A stretch of 64,000 nucleotides of DNA from an uncultured virus (IMG/VR IMGVR_UViG_3300009110_000302). Its lineage: Duplodnaviria > Heunggongvirae > Uroviricota > Caudoviricetes. Shown piece after piece: positions 19,505-27,837 of the stretch (position 1 is the first letter of the stretch; every line of letters starts with the position of its first letter). Under the pieces are notes generated by a model. The model was not told the origin of the DNA. It made no database searches and was given only the letters and a program-made list of their open reading frames with translations. Location: IMG/VR virus record IMGVR_UViG_3300009110_000302, positions 1 through 64,000 of that record, one strand, 5' to 3'. A program made the translations under genes and the position numbers.

Positions 19505-21412
19505 ATGGATAAAAGAAAAAAAAGAGTACTTTTCCAGAGTGATTTTTCTTTAGCCAAGACTGGCTTTGGTAGAAACGCTAAAGCTATTCTATCTTATTTG
19601 TATTCGAAAGGGGATTATGAAATCTTTCATTTTTGTGGGGGGTTAAATAAAACTCATTCGTCTTTATCTCAAACTCCTTGGAAATCCGTAGGATGTCTTC
19701 CTGACAACCCAAAAGAGAGGGAGTACATGGAAAGGGACCCAAAAGTTGCGAGGATGGCTGCTTACGGAGCTTACGAGCTAGACAATATTATTAAAGATTT
19801 TAGGCCTGATGTCTATATAGCTGCCCAAGATATATGGGGGGTAGATTTTGCGGTTCAAAAAGATTGGTTTCAGCATACCAACTCTGTCATTTGGACGACC
19901 TTGGATTCATTACCTTTAATGAAAACCTCGTTAGATATAGCTAGTTCAGTAAAAAACTATTGGATATGGAGCGATTTCGCAACGAAAGAATTTCACAGAC
20001 TGGGCCATACACATGTAGAAACTATGCATGGAGCTTTAGAAGATAAATTTTTTAGAAGGCTCCCTGACGAAGACAGAACTCATTTACGTCGGCTTAATAA
20101 TTTACCTAACGACGACTATATAATTGGTTACGTATTCAGGAATCAGTTAAGGAAATCTGTGCCTAATTTACTTGAAGGGTTTAGTCTTTTTAAAAAGGAT
20201 AACCCGAAAGCTAAGCATTCTAAATTGCTTTTGCATACTCATTTTAGTGAAGGTTGGGACATCCAAAAATTAGCTAAGGAATACAACATTCCTATAACCG
20301 ATATTCTTACAACTTATGTTTGTCAGTCTTGTAAGGCTTATGAAGTGAAGGCTTTTGCGGGAGAGAATATGCCTTGTAAAATTTGCGGCAATCAAGAGTC
20401 TTTAATAACAACTAATGTAAATATTGGGGTTAGAGAGAGCGAACTTAACGAAATATATAACCTTATGGATGTTTATTGCCATCCTTTTACTAGCGGAGGG
20501 CAAGAGTTTCCCATCCAAGAAGCGAAAATGAGCGAGTTGATAACTTTAGTTACGAACTATAGTTGTGGAGAAGATTTATGTGTAGAAGATTCAGGCTCAT
20601 TACCTTTAGATTGGTTCGAGTATAGAGAACACCAGACGGAGTTTAAGAAAGCCTCTACAGACCCCAAATCTATAGCTACTCAGTTAAATAAGGTCTTTAA
20701 CATGAGCGAAAAAGAAAAAAGAGTCATTGAAAAAGAATCTAGGCAGTGGGCTCTTGATAATTATTCCATAAGCACCATAGGTTTGAAAATCAAAGACTTT
20801 ATTGACTCTTGTGGTTATATCGATGAAGAAGTCTACGACCAAGGACTAAACAAAGATCCGAAAGCTGAAGTGAACGGGGAGTTAGAAAACTCAGAATGGT
20901 TAACTGAGTTATATGATAAAATCTTAGATCGTAAAATATTAAAGTCTGATCACGGTTTTAAATATTGGGTTCAGCGGATAGATAAAGGAGAGAGTAGAGA
21001 GAATATTGAGAACTTCTTTAGACAAGAAGCTTCGAAGAAAAATTTTAATATAGAGGATTATTTAGACGATGAGGGTGAGGAGAGCAGGATATTATATATA
21101 ATGCCAAGGACTTCTTCTGACGTGTTTTTATCCACGAGCCTGTTTGAGTCTATTAAAAAGAATTATAAAGACTGCAATATATATGTTGCCACAGAACCTA
21201 TTTATTTTCATATATTAGACGGGAATCCATACGTCCATAAATATATCCCTTATGCCCCTGAATTAGATAATATTTTTTCTTTAGAGGGAAACGGTCAGGA
21301 GAAGGGACATTTTAAAGTCGTCTATGCTCCTCATTTTTATACTCAGAAAATTAGTTGCTATCAACACAACGGCTTGGATGTTATTGATTTCAATACGTTA
21401 GCGACTGTTTAA
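19505..21412 (+). CDS. Multidomain glycosyltransferase: GT-B/GT4-like, Zn ribbon, DUF4214-like and GT9-like parts
   Basis: TGFGR, RNQLRK, LNEIYNLMDVY..P..GG.E.P..EA; CQSC...CKIC; LYDKILDR...GFKYW; C-terminal DVFLST...ILDGNPYV. Confidence 0.75.
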   Translation: MDKRKKRVLFQSDFSLAKTGFGRNAKAILSYLYSKGDYEIFHFCGGLNKTHSSLSQTPWKSVGCLPDNPKEREYMERDPKVARMAAYGAYELDNIIKDFRPDVYIAAQDIWGVDFAVQKDWFQHTNSVIWTTLDSLPLMKTSLDIASSVKNYWIWSDFATKEFHRLGHTHVETMHGALEDKFFRRLPDEDRTHLRRLNNLPNDDYIIGYVFRNQLRKSVPNLLEGFSLFKKDNPKAKHSKLLLHTHFSEGWDIQKLAKEYNIPITDILTTYVCQSCKAYEVKAFAGENMPCKICGNQESLITTNVNIGVRESELNEIYNLMDVYCHPFTSGGQEFPIQEAKMSELITLVTNYSCGEDLCVEDSGSLPLDWFEYREHQTEFKKASTDPKSIATQLNKVFNMSEKEKRVIEKESRQWALDNYSISTIGLKIKDFIDSCGYIDEEVYDQGLNKDPKAEVNGELENSEWLTELYDKILDRKILKSDHGFKYWVQRIDKGESRENIENFFRQEASKKNFNIEDYLDDEGEESRILYIMPRTSSDVFLSTSLFESIKKNYKDCNIYVATEPIYFHILDGNPYVHKYIPYAPELDNIFSLEGNGQEKGHFKVVYAPHFYTQKISCYQHNGLDVIDFNTLATV

Positions 21413-21454
21413 TTTTATTTTTTTAAAAAAACGTGTATAATATATTGAGAGTTA

Positions 21455-21742
21455 ATGAAGGTTAAGATTTTTGATGGCTTTGTAGCTTTTTTTAATTTTT
21501 TGGAGCAGCAGTCGATGCTAGATGCTTATCCAGAATTTCAAAGCTTTGTACATCTTTATAAAAAAATAAACGTGGGTTGTGGTTGCCAAAAAGCTGTGAG
21601 AGTAAAAAAAACTGAGGAACAATATGATTTATTAGCTAGACAAATGAGCCTTTTCCCAGTAATTTTACAGGAAATAAAAAATAGGACAGAGACTGAAGAG
21701 GTTCAGTTCCACATGAACGGTGTTTTGATTTTTAAGGGATAA
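21455..21742 (+). CDS. Hypothetical protein with GCGC motif
   Basis: ORF preceded by GTGTATAAT. Confidence 0.55.
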   Translation: MKVKIFDGFVAFFNFLEQQSMLDAYPEFQSFVHLYKKINVGCGCQKAVRVKKTEEQYDLLARQMSLFPVILQEIKNRTETEEVQFHMNGVLIFKG

Positions 21743-21745
21743 AAA

Positions 21746-21964
21746 ATGATAGAAGCGGAAAAACAATCCAGAGTATTGAGATTAAAGTATAATAAAAAAT
21801 TTATTAATAGGATCATTATAGTTAAAGATCGAGCTACTGAAAAAACTTGGAAAGGTAAAATCTTAAATGTCCTAGATCACGAGACTTTCTCAGTGGAAAA
21901 CAATTCGTCTCGTGAAAGACCTGTCGTGGAAGTAGATATCTATGATATAGTGAGGGTTATTTGA
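21746..21964 (+). CDS. Small hypothetical protein
   Basis: Tightly packed co-directional ORF. Confidence 0.5.
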   Translation: MIEAEKQSRVLRLKYNKKFINRIIIVKDRATEKTWKGKILNVLDHETFSVENNSSRERPVVEVDIYDIVRVI

Positions 21965-22034
21965 GCATTTTTGTCTCACTTTTATTATTATAATACCAAT
22001 GCCAGAGTGTCCCACTTTGGCCTTTCTCCTAAAG

Positions 22035-22059
22035 AAAACCCCTAGAAATAGGGGTTTTT
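22035..22059 (+). terminator. Intrinsic terminator-like hairpin
   Basis: AAAACCCCTA-GAAA-TAGGGGTTTT followed by T residues. Confidence 0.75.
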
Positions 22060-22062
22060 ATT

Positions 22063-22079
22063 TTGGCATGGTTTATGCT
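22063..22079 (+). promoter_or_regulatory. sigma54 (-24/-12) promoter of hsp20
   Basis: TTGGCATGGTTTATGCT has GG(22065-66)-N10-GC(22077-78). Predicted +1 is about 22090; ATG is at 22091. Confidence 0.7.
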
Positions 22080-22090
22080 TTATAAGTGTT

Positions 22091-22438
22091 ATGACTACAT
22101 TAAAATTAAGAAATACACTGTTCGATAACTTTTTTAATACTGGGCTAGACCACGTGCTTTATGAAGATAATGATGATTATTATTATGAAGAGACTGAAGA
22201 TGCCTATAAATACCAGTTTAATTTAGCTGGGTTTAAAAAGGAAAGCATTAAGGTCTCCGTAGAGAATAATCTACTTAAAGTAAAAGCGCAGCAAGGAGAT
22301 CGGGTGTTTTCTAAAGCCTACACCGTATCAAGAAAGGCGGATGGTTCCGCTTCGGTAGCAAAATATGAGGATGGAATGTTGTATGTTACAATTAACAAAA
22401 AGGTTTCAGAAAAAGCGATTGAATTAGAGGTGAATTAG
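22091..22438 (+). CDS. Small heat-shock protein, Hsp20/alpha-crystallin family
   Basis: LAGFKKESIKVSVENNLLKV and AKYEDGMLYVTI. Confidence 0.9.
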   Translation: MTTLKLRNTLFDNFFNTGLDHVLYEDNDDYYYEETEDAYKYQFNLAGFKKESIKVSVENNLLKVKAQQGDRVFSKAYTVSRKADGSASVAKYEDGMLYVTINKKVSEKAIELEVN

Positions 22439-22463
22439 AGGTGAAATAAATCGTCTTTTATGT

Positions 22464-22492
22464 TTGACAGAATGTTAACAATTAGTTAGACT
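22464..22492 (+). promoter_or_regulatory. sigma70-like promoter overlapped by a TGACAG...CTGTCA inverted repeat
   Basis: TTGACA-N17-TAGACT. Confidence 0.65.
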
Positions 22493-22507
22493 GTCATCGT
22501 TAAACAA

Positions 22508-22723
22508 ATGAAAACAAAAAAGAGACAAACTAAATCCGAAGAAACAACTAATAACATGACAATGGTAAAGACGGGTTACGCTAGAGTAGCCATTCTGCTT
22601 CTGGCAGTCAATCTTTGCTTAACCGCATACGCGTTTGCTCGTTTAAACGAGTATACTGACGCAAGAATTAGCGCTGCCGAAGGAGAGCAGCAACCCATTG
22701 AGGAGGTGAAGAACTCTCAATAA
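22508..22723 (+). CDS. Small single-pass membrane protein
   Basis: Hydrophobic VAILLLAVNLCLTAYAFA; has its own promoter and terminator. Confidence 0.65.
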   Translation: MKTKKRQTKSEETTNNMTMVKTGYARVAILLLAVNLCLTAYAFARLNEYTDARISAAEGEQQPIEEVKNSQ

Positions 22724-22752
22724 GAGACTATATAACTAAAAGAATCAACAAA

Positions 22753-22788
22753 CCCCGCTGCAAGTTTTTCTTGTGGCGGGGCTTTTTT
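22753..22788 (+). terminator. Intrinsic terminator
   Basis: CCCCGCTGCAAG / CTTGTGGCGGGG stem followed by a T run. Confidence 0.75.
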
Positions 22789-22804
22789 ATGTTATTATAT
22801 TATA

Positions 22805-23608
22805 ATGAATGTCGGAGTAATTGGAAATGGTTATGTGGGTAACGCTACAAGCGTTATGGCGAAAAATCATAAGGTAAAAGTGCACGATAAAGATGAATCT
22901 AAAAGCGATTCCTCATTAAAGGAACTTGTTTCTTCTAGCGATTTGATTTTTATATGTGTCCCGACTCCTATGCGTATAGATGGTTCTTGCTGTACGGATA
23001 TAGTCGAGAGCGTTGTGTCTCAGCTAAGGCAGTTGAGGGTAGATTTAAATAAGGTTGTGATAAGATCTACTGTACCAGCAGGAACTTCTGAATCTTTAAA
23101 CTGCAACTTTATGCCTGAATTTTTGACCGAAAAAAATTGGGAAAAAGATGTGCTTAATTGTAAAGAGTGGGTATTTGGAGTTCATGATGAAAAAGATTTT
23201 AATAAGGATTTATTGTTTGAATTAGCTGATGGGAAAACGATACATTACTGTACGACTAAAGAAGCTGAACTTTGTAAAAACATTAGGAATGCTTTTCTAG
23301 CGACAAAGGTTTCATTTTTTAATGAGGTTTATGAGCTTTGCGATAAGCTTGGTGTAGATTACGAACAGGCTAAAAAATTAATCTTACTAGACTCAAGAAT
23401 CAGCGCAAGTCACACGCAAGTTCCCGGCCATGATGGTAAAAAGGGTTTTGGTGGAACTTGTTTTCCTAAAGACATTCGTTCGTTACTTTTTCAAATGCAC
23501 GAGGTAAACATGAATAGTTACATTCTAGAAGCCGCCATAAATAGAAATGAGATTATCGATAGGCCAGAAAAAGAGTGGGAGAGCAATAAAGGAAGAAGTG
23601 TCGTTTAA
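22805..23608 (+). CDS. UDP-glucose/GDP-mannose dehydrogenase family, short form
   Basis: GNGYVG, ICVPTP, IRSTV, PEFL, GFGGTCFPKD. The C-terminal UDP-binding domain is absent. Confidence 0.88.
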   Translation: MNVGVIGNGYVGNATSVMAKNHKVKVHDKDESKSDSSLKELVSSSDLIFICVPTPMRIDGSCCTDIVESVVSQLRQLRVDLNKVVIRSTVPAGTSESLNCNFMPEFLTEKNWEKDVLNCKEWVFGVHDEKDFNKDLLFELADGKTIHYCTTKEAELCKNIRNAFLATKVSFFNEVYELCDKLGVDYEQAKKLILLDSRISASHTQVPGHDGKKGFGGTCFPKDIRSLLFQMHEVNMNSYILEAAINRNEIIDRPEKEWESNKGRSVV

Positions 23609-23616
23609 ATTTTTTT

Positions 23617-23693
23617 GCTCTTGTAGCTCAATTGGATAGAGCATCTGCCTTCTAAGCAGAGGGTTCTGGGTTCGAGTCCCAGCGAGAGTACCA
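23617..23693 (+). tRNA. tRNA-Arg(UCU)
   Basis: GCTCTTG/CGAGAGT acceptor stem, D arm, TCTGC-CT-TCT-AA-GCAGA anticodon arm, GGTTCGAGTCC T loop, encoded CCA. Confidence 0.95.
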
Positions 23694-23731
23694 TTTTTTT
23701 TATTTTGACGTCTTTTGACTTATAATAAAAC

Positions 23732-24139
23732 GTGGAAGACTTAAGAATCGTTGTCGTGAGTGGATATTTTGACCCCCTTCACGTAGGCCATATAGAATAT
23801 TTAGAGTTAGCTAAAAGCCTTGGGGATAAATTAATTGTTATTGTTAATAATGATAAGCAGGCTTCTCTAAAAAAGGGGGAACCTTTCATGAAAGAGCAGG
23901 ATCGTTTGATTATCGTGAGTTCTTTAAGATGCGTGGATAACGTGTTCTTATCTATAGATGAAGGTAAAGACGTTTGTAAAAGTTTAGCTTATCTGAACCC
24001 AGACATTTTTGCTAATGGTGGTGATAGATTAAATAGAGAGATTCCCGAGGCAAAAGTGTGTGACGAGTTAGGTATAGCTTTAGTAGACGGTTTAGGCACA
24101 AAAATAAGATCATCTTCTGACTATACAGGATTAAAATAA
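23732..24139 (+). CDS. Cytidylyltransferase-like nucleotidyltransferase (HxGH)
   Basis: SGYFDPLHVGH, FANGGDR, KIRSSS. TATAAT lies 5 nt before the GTG start. Confidence 0.88.
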   Translation: MEDLRIVVVSGYFDPLHVGHIEYLELAKSLGDKLIVIVNNDKQASLKKGEPFMKEQDRLIIVSSLRCVDNVFLSIDEGKDVCKSLAYLNPDIFANGGDRLNREIPEAKVCDELGIALVDGLGTKIRSSSDYTGLK

Positions 24140-24167
24140 TTTATTATTTTTTATTATTTTTAATATT

Positions 24168-25130
24168 ATGTTTGATATGAAAAGATTTTCAGTAGTCGCC
24201 ATCGGTCTCAGCCTTATTATTTCTCAAGTAGTGGGCGCTGAGAAAAAAACTACTACAGCAGATCATCTTCAAAATGTTTCTGTTACTATTCGCTCAGAAG
24301 GAGAATATTCTAATGGGGAAGGTTCTGGGGTGATTTTTACCAGAAAAGACTCTAAAGGTAATCAGGTCAATTTCGTGTGGACTGCAGGGCACGTTATAGA
24401 CAATCTTCGAAAGACTAGAAAGACAGTAGTCAATGGCACGCCCAAAACTATCGTAGAGTTTAAAGATCCGATGGTAGTCAAAGAGATTCGACAAAACGGC
24501 AGGACTGTTGGTAGGCTTCAAATGGATGCGGAAGTATTGAAGTACTCAGATGCTACTGACGGTCATGACCTTGCCTTACTAAGGGTTCGTAAGTTCAATT
24601 TTGTCACCGATTCGGTGACATTCTATTTAGACAAAGAGATCCCAAAACTGGGGGAAGATTTACTTCATGTTGGGAGCTTATTGGGTCAGATGGGCGCGAA
24701 TAGTATGACTGATGGAATTTATTCTCAGCATGGGAGAATTTTGAAGAGTTTAAATAAGCATATCTTCGACCAAACTACTGTCACAGCTTTTCCGGGGTCT
24801 TCGGGTGGAGGCGTATACTTGAAAACAGATGCTCGTTATATCGGGATGCTTGTTCGCGGAGCGGGGGAAGGGTTTAACCTTATCGTACCTGTTCGTAGGA
24901 TGCAAGAGTATTGCGAAAGACATAAAATGACATGGGCTTTAGATAGAAATGTACCCATGCCCACAGAAGAAGAGTTGAAGAAGATGCCTATCGAACACGA
25001 GCCTAAAGATAAGGAAGAAGAGGACGGTGCTGAAGATGATCCAGACGCAAAAGAGACTAATAAAATGTTTCCATTTAGATTGAGGGTGACGTATCCAAAA
25101 GTGATTATTCTTCATTCTAAGACGGAATAA
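24168..25130 (+). CDS. Secreted trypsin-like serine protease
   Basis: Signal peptide; GSGV, TAGHV, DLALL and PGSSGGG triad motifs. Confidence 0.88.
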   Translation: MFDMKRFSVVAIGLSLIISQVVGAEKKTTTADHLQNVSVTIRSEGEYSNGEGSGVIFTRKDSKGNQVNFVWTAGHVIDNLRKTRKTVVNGTPKTIVEFKDPMVVKEIRQNGRTVGRLQMDAEVLKYSDATDGHDLALLRVRKFNFVTDSVTFYLDKEIPKLGEDLLHVGSLLGQMGANSMTDGIYSQHGRILKSLNKHIFDQTTVTAFPGSSGGGVYLKTDARYIGMLVRGAGEGFNLIVPVRRMQEYCERHKMTWALDRNVPMPTEEELKKMPIEHEPKDKEEEDGAEDDPDAKETNKMFPFRLRVTYPKVIILHSKTE

Positions 25131-25165
25131 AATAGGGTGTCTTATTGGTGGGGGTATCCTATACT

Positions 25166-25201
25166 AAAACGTGGCGGCTGAAATATGTCGTCACGTTTTT
25201 T
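25166..25201 (+). terminator. Intrinsic terminator
   Basis: AAAACGTGGCGGC...GTCGTCACGTTTT followed by T residues. Confidence 0.7.
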
Positions 25202-25235
25202 ATTTATTTTTTAAAATTCTCTGAAACATTTTATA

Positions 25236-26576
25236 ATGGATATGCCGAGAAAGACGAAAACAACCAAGGCGAAAGCCACCAAAGCTAAAACCGCTAAAGC
25301 GAAAAGGGCAACTTCTAGAAGGAAGGAAGAAACAATATTTATATCTTTAGCTAGCTATAGAGACAAAGAGCTTGTACCGACAATAGAAGATATTATTTCC
25401 CAAGCAAGCCAGCCAAAAAATCTAAGGTTTGGTATTTGTTGGCAGAGAGGGGAGGAAGAAAATTTAGATCAATATATTAATGATCCTAGGTTTATTATCA
25501 TAGACGTTCCTTACAAAGAAGCAAAAGGAGTATGCTGGGCTCGAAATTTAATTCAAAAACAATTTAATAATGAAACATATATTCTTCAACTAGATTCTCA
25601 TCATCGTTTTAAAAAAGGGTGGGATACAATTCTAAAGAATAAGTTAAAACTTTTAAAAAAGAAGGGTACGAAAAAACCGATAATAAGTACTTATATCCCT
25701 AGCTATGAACCAGATAGAGAGCCAAAAGGGAGATGTCAAGATGTTTGGAATTTAAGTTTTGATAGATTTATGCCCGAGGGGGCAGTATTTCTTAGGCCGA
25801 ATGGAATGCCAGAAGAATGGGTGAGTAAAAAGAAAAAGACGATGCCGAGAGGTAGGTTCCTAAGTGGTCATTTTATTTTTACTGATGGGCATTTTTATAA
25901 AAACGTTCCGTATGATCCTCATCTTTATTTTCATGGAGAAGAAACCTCTTATGCTGTCAGAGCTTATACTCATGGCTATGACATATTTCAAATGGACGAG
26001 ATCGTTGCGTGGCACTTTTACCATAGAGACGGAAATATTCGACACTGGGACGAGCACTCTGATTGGGACGACATAAATAAAAATAGTTTTAAAAGGTTTA
26101 AAAAACTTTTCAATGTAGACGGAGAAGGAGATGACAAGGTTATGTGGGGTCCTTATGGTCTTGGTAAAGAAAGAACTCTACAAGAGTTTGAACGTTTTGC
26201 TGGAATAGACTTTGAGAACAGAAGGGTCCATAAGGAGACCAAGTTGTTTCTTGAGCCTCCTGTTTCTAATTACGAAGAAGGATTGACGAGCGAGTTTAAA
26301 TATTGCATAGACCTTCACCAAAACGATGTCCCAGAAAAGGATTGCGATTGGATGGCTGTAGCTTTTGAAAACGAAGATGGGGAAGAAGTTGCCCGAATTG
26401 ACGCGGACGAGTCAGAAGTTATCTCGTTACTAAGAGAGGCTTCTCAAGGAGATGGTTGGTTAAGGATATGGCGTACCATTGAAGTCTCAGAAGTCCCTAA
26501 GAGCTGGGTAGTTTGGCCTCATAGCAAGACTAAAGGGTTTTTAGAGAGAATACAGAGAGATTTACCAAAGGTTTAG
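25236..26576 (+). CDS. GT60/Gnt1-like GlcNAc-transferase, paralog 1
   Basis: IFISLASYRD.EL..T, GVCWAR, LQLDSHHRF..GWD, VPYDP..YF.GEE...RAYTHGYD; Lys/Ala-rich N-terminal tail. Confidence 0.8.
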   Translation: MDMPRKTKTTKAKATKAKTAKAKRATSRRKEETIFISLASYRDKELVPTIEDIISQASQPKNLRFGICWQRGEEENLDQYINDPRFIIIDVPYKEAKGVCWARNLIQKQFNNETYILQLDSHHRFKKGWDTILKNKLKLLKKKGTKKPIISTYIPSYEPDREPKGRCQDVWNLSFDRFMPEGAVFLRPNGMPEEWVSKKKKTMPRGRFLSGHFIFTDGHFYKNVPYDPHLYFHGEETSYAVRAYTHGYDIFQMDEIVAWHFYHRDGNIRHWDEHSDWDDINKNSFKRFKKLFNVDGEGDDKVMWGPYGLGKERTLQEFERFAGIDFENRRVHKETKLFLEPPVSNYEEGLTSEFKYCIDLHQNDVPEKDCDWMAVAFENEDGEEVARIDADESEVISLLREASQGDGWLRIWRTIEVSEVPKSWVVWPHSKTKGFLERIQRDLPKV

Positions 26577-26580
26577 AACT

Positions 26581-27834
26581 GTGAAAAAAGATACTATTTT
26601 TGTGCAGATGGCTGCTTATTCGGATCCGGAATTGGTGCCTACGGTTCTAGATATTTTTGATAAAGCTAAATATCCCGATAGGATAAAGGTCTGTGTTTGT
26701 TGGCAGCATAAGCCTGAAGAGAACATTGATGAGATTGCGGAAGATGATAGAGTTTTAATTTTAGATGTTCCGCATGAGGAGACGAAAGGGGTATGTTGGG
26801 CAAGGAATTTAATCCAGAAACAGTACGATGGAGAAACTTATACCTTACAGTTAGATTCTCACCATCGCTTTGAGCAGGATTGGGATGAAATTTCCATCAA
26901 AATGATGAGGAATTTAAAGAAGGCTGGATATAAAAAGCCAATATTAACGGGATATATTAGTTCTTATGATCCTCCTAATGATCCAGAGGGCAGAGCGAAA
27001 GAGCCTTGGCAGATGTGTTTTGATCGATTTACCCCAGAGGGCGCGGTATTTTTTAAGCCGGAAGGTATACCGGATTGGAAAACAAGAAAGCTTCCTCCTA
27101 GGGGGAGATGGTTCTCAGGTCATTTTGCTTTTGCTGATGGGATAATGTGTGAAGAAGTGCCTCACGATCCTAATTATTGGTTCCATGGTGAAGAAATTAG
27201 TATCGCTGCGAGAGCCTACACTCATGGCTATGATATATTTTATCCTCACAAAATGATTGCATACCACGAATATACTAGACAGTATAGAGGCCCCAAAGTT
27301 TGGGACGACCAGCCTGAAAAGACTTCAAAACTAAACGAGGCCTCTCTTTTAAGGAATAGAAAACTTTTTGAAATGGATGGGGAGAAAAGAGATATCGATT
27401 TTGGCCCGTATGGATTCGGTAAAGAAAGGACTTTGAGAGATTACGAAAAGTATGCAGGGATACTTTTTGGTGAGAGATCCGTGCAAAAAGAAACTTTAGA
27501 TAATGTAGAGCCTCCGAATTCTTGCGAGCACGATACGGAAGAAGAATGGGAGAATTCTTTTTGTCGGATATTTAAACATTGCATCGACATCCCCTACGAG
27601 GCTGTACCCCTAGATGATTATCACTTTTGGTGCGTAGTATTAAGAGACGAGGAAGGCAAAGAGATATATAGAGAAGACGCTAGCGATCAAGATATAACTC
27701 GTATGAAAAACGATCCGGATGGTTATTGTAAAGTGTGGGTGGATGCGGTCTTAGATAAAAAGCCACACAGTTGGATGATATGGCCGAATAGTCGCAGTCA
27801 GGGCTGGTGTGAGCAAATAGAAAGCACGCTATAA
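26581..27834 (+). CDS. GT60/Gnt1-like GlcNAc-transferase, paralog 2
   Basis: Same motifs as the upstream gene (LQLDSHHRF, HGEE, RAYTHGYD) and a shared C-terminal domain. GTG start. Confidence 0.8.
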   Translation: MKKDTIFVQMAAYSDPELVPTVLDIFDKAKYPDRIKVCVCWQHKPEENIDEIAEDDRVLILDVPHEETKGVCWARNLIQKQYDGETYTLQLDSHHRFEQDWDEISIKMMRNLKKAGYKKPILTGYISSYDPPNDPEGRAKEPWQMCFDRFTPEGAVFFKPEGIPDWKTRKLPPRGRWFSGHFAFADGIMCEEVPHDPNYWFHGEEISIAARAYTHGYDIFYPHKMIAYHEYTRQYRGPKVWDDQPEKTSKLNEASLLRNRKLFEMDGEKRDIDFGPYGFGKERTLRDYEKYAGILFGERSVQKETLDNVEPPNSCEHDTEEEWENSFCRIFKHCIDIPYEAVPLDDYHFWCVVLRDEEGKEIYREDASDQDITRMKNDPDGYCKVWVDAVLDKKPHSWMIWPNSRSQGWCEQIESTL

Positions 27835-27837
27835 TAA

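Noticed and set aside
25132..25162. GU-rich hairpin before the terminator as a structured RNA
   Set aside because: Weak and short; more simply part of the protease 3' UTR.
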